From Ptychomitrium polyphyllum (taxonomy: Eukaryota), in assembly GCA_973851085.1 (NCBI GenBank), contig OZ316776.1:11346001-11410000 (forward strand): a DNA stretch of 64,000 bases. Reading direction: 5' to 3'. The translations under genes were made by a program, and so were the position numbers. Below the pieces are notes generated by a model. It ran no database searches. It was given only the letters and a program-made list of their open reading frames with translations, and was not told the DNA's origin. Within the stretch, counting starts at the first letter, position 1; each line of letters opens with the position of its first letter. This document shows positions 58,501 through 64,000 of the stretch, one piece after another.

Positions 58501-61500
58501 AATGGCTCGTTTTTCCTTGTAGGTTTGGTAATGAGAGCCATGATGGCGGCGTAATTAAAAATAAAGCATTAGTTAAATTGGGCTAGACCGTTAAAAACCT
58601 GAATTTCTTTGATGTCTCAAAGGGGGGGGGGGGGGGGGGGGGGAGATATTCACTAAATCTTGAATTTTGGCTGGGTCAAGGAATTTACCAACTTTGGAGA
58701 CAATACAGCCGAGAATAGCGCCTAAATAGGCAAAAAAGAGGCATTTAATAGGATTGATGCTGATACTGAATCTGCAACACTTGAAAAAGCATAAGCGCAA
58801 TTTAGCAAGGTGTGAGTCAATGTCGCTATAAATGCTGAAGTCATTTAAAAAAAAATTCATGAAATTGCCAAGATAGTCCTTAAAGGCGCGGTTTACTACC
58901 CATTGGTATGTTGGAGGTGCGTTCTTAAGTCTAAATGGCATGATCATCCACACAAATGCTCCCCATTTGGTAATAAACATGGTTTTGTATTGGTCGTCCG
59001 GGTAGATTTGAATCTAATAATAATCCAAAAATCCATCAAGGAATGAATACATTGCATGCCCAGCTATCAATTCCAAAACATCATCAATAAATGAAAGGGA
59101 GTACGGGTTTCTTTTTGTAGCGGCATTGAGTGTGCGGAAATCTACACAAATACAAAGTTTATTGTTCTTTTTGGAAACAACAACAATGGGAGATAGCTAG
59201 GATGCTTCTGCTACCGGGGAAATAAAATTTGTAGTGAGGAGGCGATTGAGGTCATCTTTGACTGCCTTAGCATAGTTTGGGTTCATGCGGTAGCAAGCCT
59301 GGTGTGAAGGAGAAATGGTAATGTCAAGGTCAATACGATGTTGGGCAATATGAGCTAATATCCTTGTTAAATTTGTATAAATCCATGCAAAGACGTCTTT
59401 AAATTTGCAAAATAAGTCTTCCGCCTAAGTCGCTAGTTGGTCTAAGATGTTAGTGTTGACTTTGATGGTAGACGGCTTCTCAATAGTACCAAGGTTTAAA
59501 AGGAAAATTGGAATTCTTTGGTAGTGTTCCATTTTGCAACCTTGTGACGATTTAGTGTGTCCTTGATAGATGTAGCATCAATGGATATGGAACCCAAGCT
59601 ATGAAGAATGATTGTAAATGGATTATTCAATGAGGAGGGAGTATGTAGGTTGGAAAGGGTAAGGGTACCGATTGGATGAAGTTATTCTTTAGATGCTAGT
59701 AATATATCCTCTTTTTCATTGGTAATTCCTTAGACAAAGTTATAGGATACTAAAACATTGGGTGTAATTGCTTGAAGACCAAGTTCCCACTAAACTGGGA
59801 TGGTTTTTATCATTCCATTACCCATAATCTTGATTTCATTATTTGCCCAATCATGGCTAACCTAAGCATTTTTTAACCATGGTCTACCAAGAAGAATGGA
59901 ATAGGTGGACTAGATATCCTTACAAGTGATGACGGTAAGGATGATACTATAGGATATACCATGAATATGAATTTTGATATTTTGCAAAATACTGGTAGGT
60001 TGGACAAGTGAATTGTTTGCCATATGTAGCTTATACGGGGCTGGAAAAGGAGCCAGAAGATCCAAGCAGAGGCGTTTGTTCTCGGTAATAATGTCAACGT
60101 CGGATCTTCCATTGATGGGAACATCAGTGACTATATATTTACCAACTAGAAGTGAGATCACTGGCATGTGGCAATCTACTGCTGTAATCGTGGCTACAGG
60201 TATTAAAAAGGCAGGTTTGGATATGGTTACTTGATATAGATGCTGCCAAAGATGGGTGGTTAGTCCTGGAAATAAGTGAATAAGTTTTTGTAATGAAACG
60301 AAAATGGTGTGCATTTGGAATTGTGTACATATCCATTGTGCAGCGGAGAGTGCTGGGTTGGTAAGTTGGAAAGGTTTGGTGGTGGGTGTAGGATCACTTT
60401 GAAGCTCTTAAACAATGTAGATCATGTTGTCACGGATTTCCTTCGTAGTATGCTAGTCACGATTTGTTGATGATCTTGGTAGTGGGATGTTCTAAGGGAC
60501 TTTGTAACTACAAGTTACTGGGCCAACATGACAAAATCTATTGTATTGACATCCGAAGGTGATTGGATTTTGGCAAGTTCCTGTTTCTTCCTATATATGA
60601 GGCGTTTGACTTCATCATCTTGGTGAAGAGGGCATTGATGATCCAAATGGTCGGTGGAGCCACATATATGACAGGAAAAGTATTGAGTTGGTCTCAAAAG
60701 TTGACGAGTGTTGGTAGGAACAAGATTTGGTAGCAACTCAATCTGATGCATGTATGGAGGTGGTTGGCGTTGTTTTGCATAGTTACTTTCAGGATTCTTG
60801 TTACAAGAGTCCTAAGTGTGATTTAAGCGGTCGCAATCAATATAGGGTTGAGGAGGAGGATAAGATCGGTTGGACAAACCAGAGATTTGTAGGTAAGGTT
60901 TAGGAAGTCTTTCCTTGGCCAGTTGAGCAAATCAAACGGCTTTGGTAAAGGTGGTCCTTGAAAGTCTGACTGTGGCAATTTGAATGTATTTTTAAAATCC
61001 TGCGCGAAAGGTGTTGAGCATGAATGTGTCATCAGGTGGATTAGATAGATTGGCGGTCAATTCAAATAACCGTTCAACAAAGTCTTTTATCAATTTGAAG
61101 GGTTTTTGGCGCATATTGCGGAAGTGGATATAGGTTTGATTATCAATTTTAATCAACCTATAGCATTTTTTGAAGACAAGGAAGAAGACATCTAGGATCT
61201 CATGAGGAAATTGGATGCAATGAAAAGTGAACCAGGTAGATTCTTTGTCAGTGAAGGTACTACCAAACAGTTTGAATTGAACCGGAATACTAGTTTCACC
61301 ATTTAAAGTAAGTGCTCATAAGAACTTTTGGCAATGATATTCAGGATATTTTCCAGTTTGGTAGGTGGGATAGGACAAGGCTTTTTTAATAGAAAGGTGG
61401 ACTATAGGTAGTATTGTAAATGAAGGTGGAACTATCGGGTGGTATATGGATCAATTGATATCAGATTGGTTAGAAAAAAAAGTGAGATAATGGCAAAAGG

Positions 61501-62815
61501 GAGGATGGTGTGGAAAAATTGTGTCCGTATTTGGTAATATCCAAGAGTGGAAGACATTGAAGTTGTGGTTTGATGATGGCGGATTAGCGGTAGTAGAAAA
61601 GGGATTGGTAGGAGGACTATCAAAAGTGCCATCCGGATGTGGTATAGAGAAAGAATGGAGAGTTGTGTTAACCGTAAAGTCCTGCCAGGAGGATGAAACG
61701 GTTAGTGGTGGTGGGAGGGCTAGAAAAGGTGGTGTGTGTATTAAGACAAAATCGTCATCTTCTCGTATCCATTGATTGAATGGTGTTTGGGATGAGGCGC
61801 TAAATTGACGGATACTTTCTTGTAGAAATGAAAGGTCATTCCAAAGATTGTATGAAGCATGTATAGATTTGGTAGGTGGGCAAAGTGAGGACAGGGAGGG
61901 AAATGGTGATGGAGAGTATTTTTAGTCGTTCAAAGATGTTGGATCTGGAGTAGTGGATCCATCTGTACAATTTGAGAGAAGGAAGAATTGAAAAGGGTCG
62001 GAAATAAAAGATCAAGTGAATAAAAAGTATATGTTAGGTGGACATTGGTACGTTGAGAGAAAGTGACTTCTATAAGAGGTGGAAGTCCTTTTGCACAAGT
62101 GTGTGGGCGGCTCATAAAATTGGAAGCATACAGTGCATGGAATAATCCGAGAGGAAAATATAATGGAGAGTAGAAGGGAAAAATACTAGGATAAGAGGAA
62201 TGATGCAGAAGCAAAGGAACTGATTTGAAACACTACATGGTCACCAAATGTTAAGGTAGGTAACAATTGAGATCAATAACTACCATGTAAACAATAACTA
62301 AATAGTTTTGCAACACAAATTCTTATATAAGGAGAGTCACCTATACTAGTATTAGAATTGGTAACTACCAAGTATTCTAAGACTAGGTAACTCCTTATTG
62401 GATCGTATAAATCAGAGAAAATCACTATATATAAGTTTATAGTTCATACTACCAAATGGAAAAGACATAGTAGTATTAAAGAGTATCTATCAACTACTAT
62501 AGAACTTGCTAGGATAGACAAGCTTATATATAAAGATACAGTTAAAGACAAAATTGATAAGGAGAAAGAATGGAGCGTATAACTTGTTTCATTGGAAGAA
62601 AACAAAATACAACACACCTTCAACTTTCATAGTTGAGGGTTTAAATACTAGATCCAAGATCCTACAAAAGTGGATCTACATCTGTTTGTCTGAACTAACA
62701 GGTTACTGCTTATCATCCAATTGTTACCGTTGGAGGATGTCCGGTAGTATTGATAGAGGAAGATTGGTAGAAAAATCCAATAATACCAAGTATAACACTC
62801 GGTAGCCCGATAACA
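55511..62815 (-). mobile_element. Degenerate non-chromovirus Ty3/Gypsy element (5' LTR, gag, PR, RT, RH, INT and a long 3' region)
   Basis: LTR 62249-62815 (TG...CA) is followed by the PBS-like tttggtgacca. Gag knuckle CHICGSTDHLDHQC, RT MPFRLKNAPPTYQ and FFLNDF, RNase H IAYASCLLSKAEKSY and FRHYLLG, integrase YYPKGNGQ and SPFQLLYG. No chromodomain seen. Confidence 0.9.
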
Positions 62816-64000
62816 GAATGTATTCTCGAAATCCCGCTTGGAAGGTGCTTAGTATGAACGTATCATCAAATGGATTGATTAGGTTTTTGGCAAACTCTTA
62901 ATAATTTTAATAAACGTTCAACAAAGTCTTCTATTGATTTAGAGGATTTTTGGCGCAAAATGCAAACATGAATATAGATTTGGTCATAGGTTTTGATTAC
63001 CCTATAATGTTTTTTGAATGCAAGGAGAAAGTCATCTAGAGTCTTATAAGGAAATTAGAAGCAATGGAATGTAAACCAAGTAGATTCCTTGTCAATGAGG
63101 GTACTATCAAATAGTTCAAGTTGTACCAAAAGGCTAATTTCACCATTTAAAATAAGTGCCAATAAGAACTTTTGACAATGTTGTTCAAGACATTTTCCAA
63201 TTCAATAATTGGGATATGAAAGGGCTTTTTTAATAGGAGGGTGGACAAGAGGTAGTATTGTGGATGAAAGTGGAACTAATGGAGGAACTATTGGATGGTT
63301 TCTGGATCTATTAATATCCAATGGAAAAGATAAGGAAGTTTGAAAAGGAGTAAAAAGACGATGGTGTAGAAAAACCGTTTCAATATTCGGTAGACTCCAA
63401 GAGTAGGAGACATCAAAGTTGTGGTTTGAGGATGGCGGATTGGTGGTAATAGAGAAGAGATTGGTAAGAGGGCTATCAAAAGTATTGTCCAAACATGGTA
63501 TGTGAAAAGAGTGTATAGTTAGATTAGCCATAAATACTTGTATCCATCAATTGAGTGGAGTTTGGAATGGGGCAATAAGTTGGCGGATGCATTCTTGGAA
63601 GAATGAGAGATCATTCCAAAAATCACGTGGAGCGTGTGTGGAATACTGATTACCGGGTGGATTTGATAGGTAAGTAAAGTAAAGACGGAGAGGGGAATGG
63701 AAATGGAGATTATTTTCAACCGTTTAAGGACGTTGAGTATGTGGTAGGGGATCTAGTTGCAAGGTTTGAGGGAAAGAAGAATCGGTAATTGTAAGAAATG
63801 GAAGATCTAGAGAATAAAAAGTATGTGCTAGGTGTGAATTGGTACGTTGAGCAAGAGTAATTTAAAAGAAGTGGAGGTCCTTATACATAGGTGTGAGGAC
63901 GGTTCATAGATTTAGAAGAGTAGACTATAGGAAATAAGGCCCAAGTAAATATACAATTGTTAATACAGGAAGAGGAATTAATTAGTGTCGGAAGAATGAT
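62816..64000 (-). mobile_element. Second, diverged gag/5' region of the same Gypsy family, interrupted by the 55511-62815 element
   Basis: 62816-63950 parallels about 60983-62200 (for example aacgttcaacaaagtctt, tttcaccatttaaa, aagttgtggtttga.gatggcggatt). Confidence 0.85.

Overview
Eukaryotic, intron-rich land-plant genomic DNA. Gene style and LTR sequences suggest a moss such as Physcomitrium patens (inference). Genes from left to right: (1) the 5' half of a PUB6/7/45-like U-box/ARM E3 ligase gene (minus strand, runs off the left edge) with an N-terminal 22-aa Ser-Pro-Arg tandem repeat; (2) a complete 20-exon STE20/GCK-III-type MAP4K-alpha kinase (minus); (3) a 15-exon LRR-VIII-1 (HPCA1/CARD1-like) receptor that keeps its ectodomain, the CxxC/CxC cysteine pairs and a TM helix, but has no kinase domain (plus); (4) a complete XRN2/3/4-family 5'-3' exoribonuclease (plus); (5) a truncated S9 peptidase pseudogene (minus). 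Two nested clusters of degenerate Ty3/Gypsy retrotransposons lie at about 24.2-31.4 kb and 52.9-64 kb. About 5-11.3 kb holds possible decayed exons of an unidentified gene. No rRNA, tRNA or CRISPR feature was found. All exon models were read by eye from splice sites and translation, without database searches.
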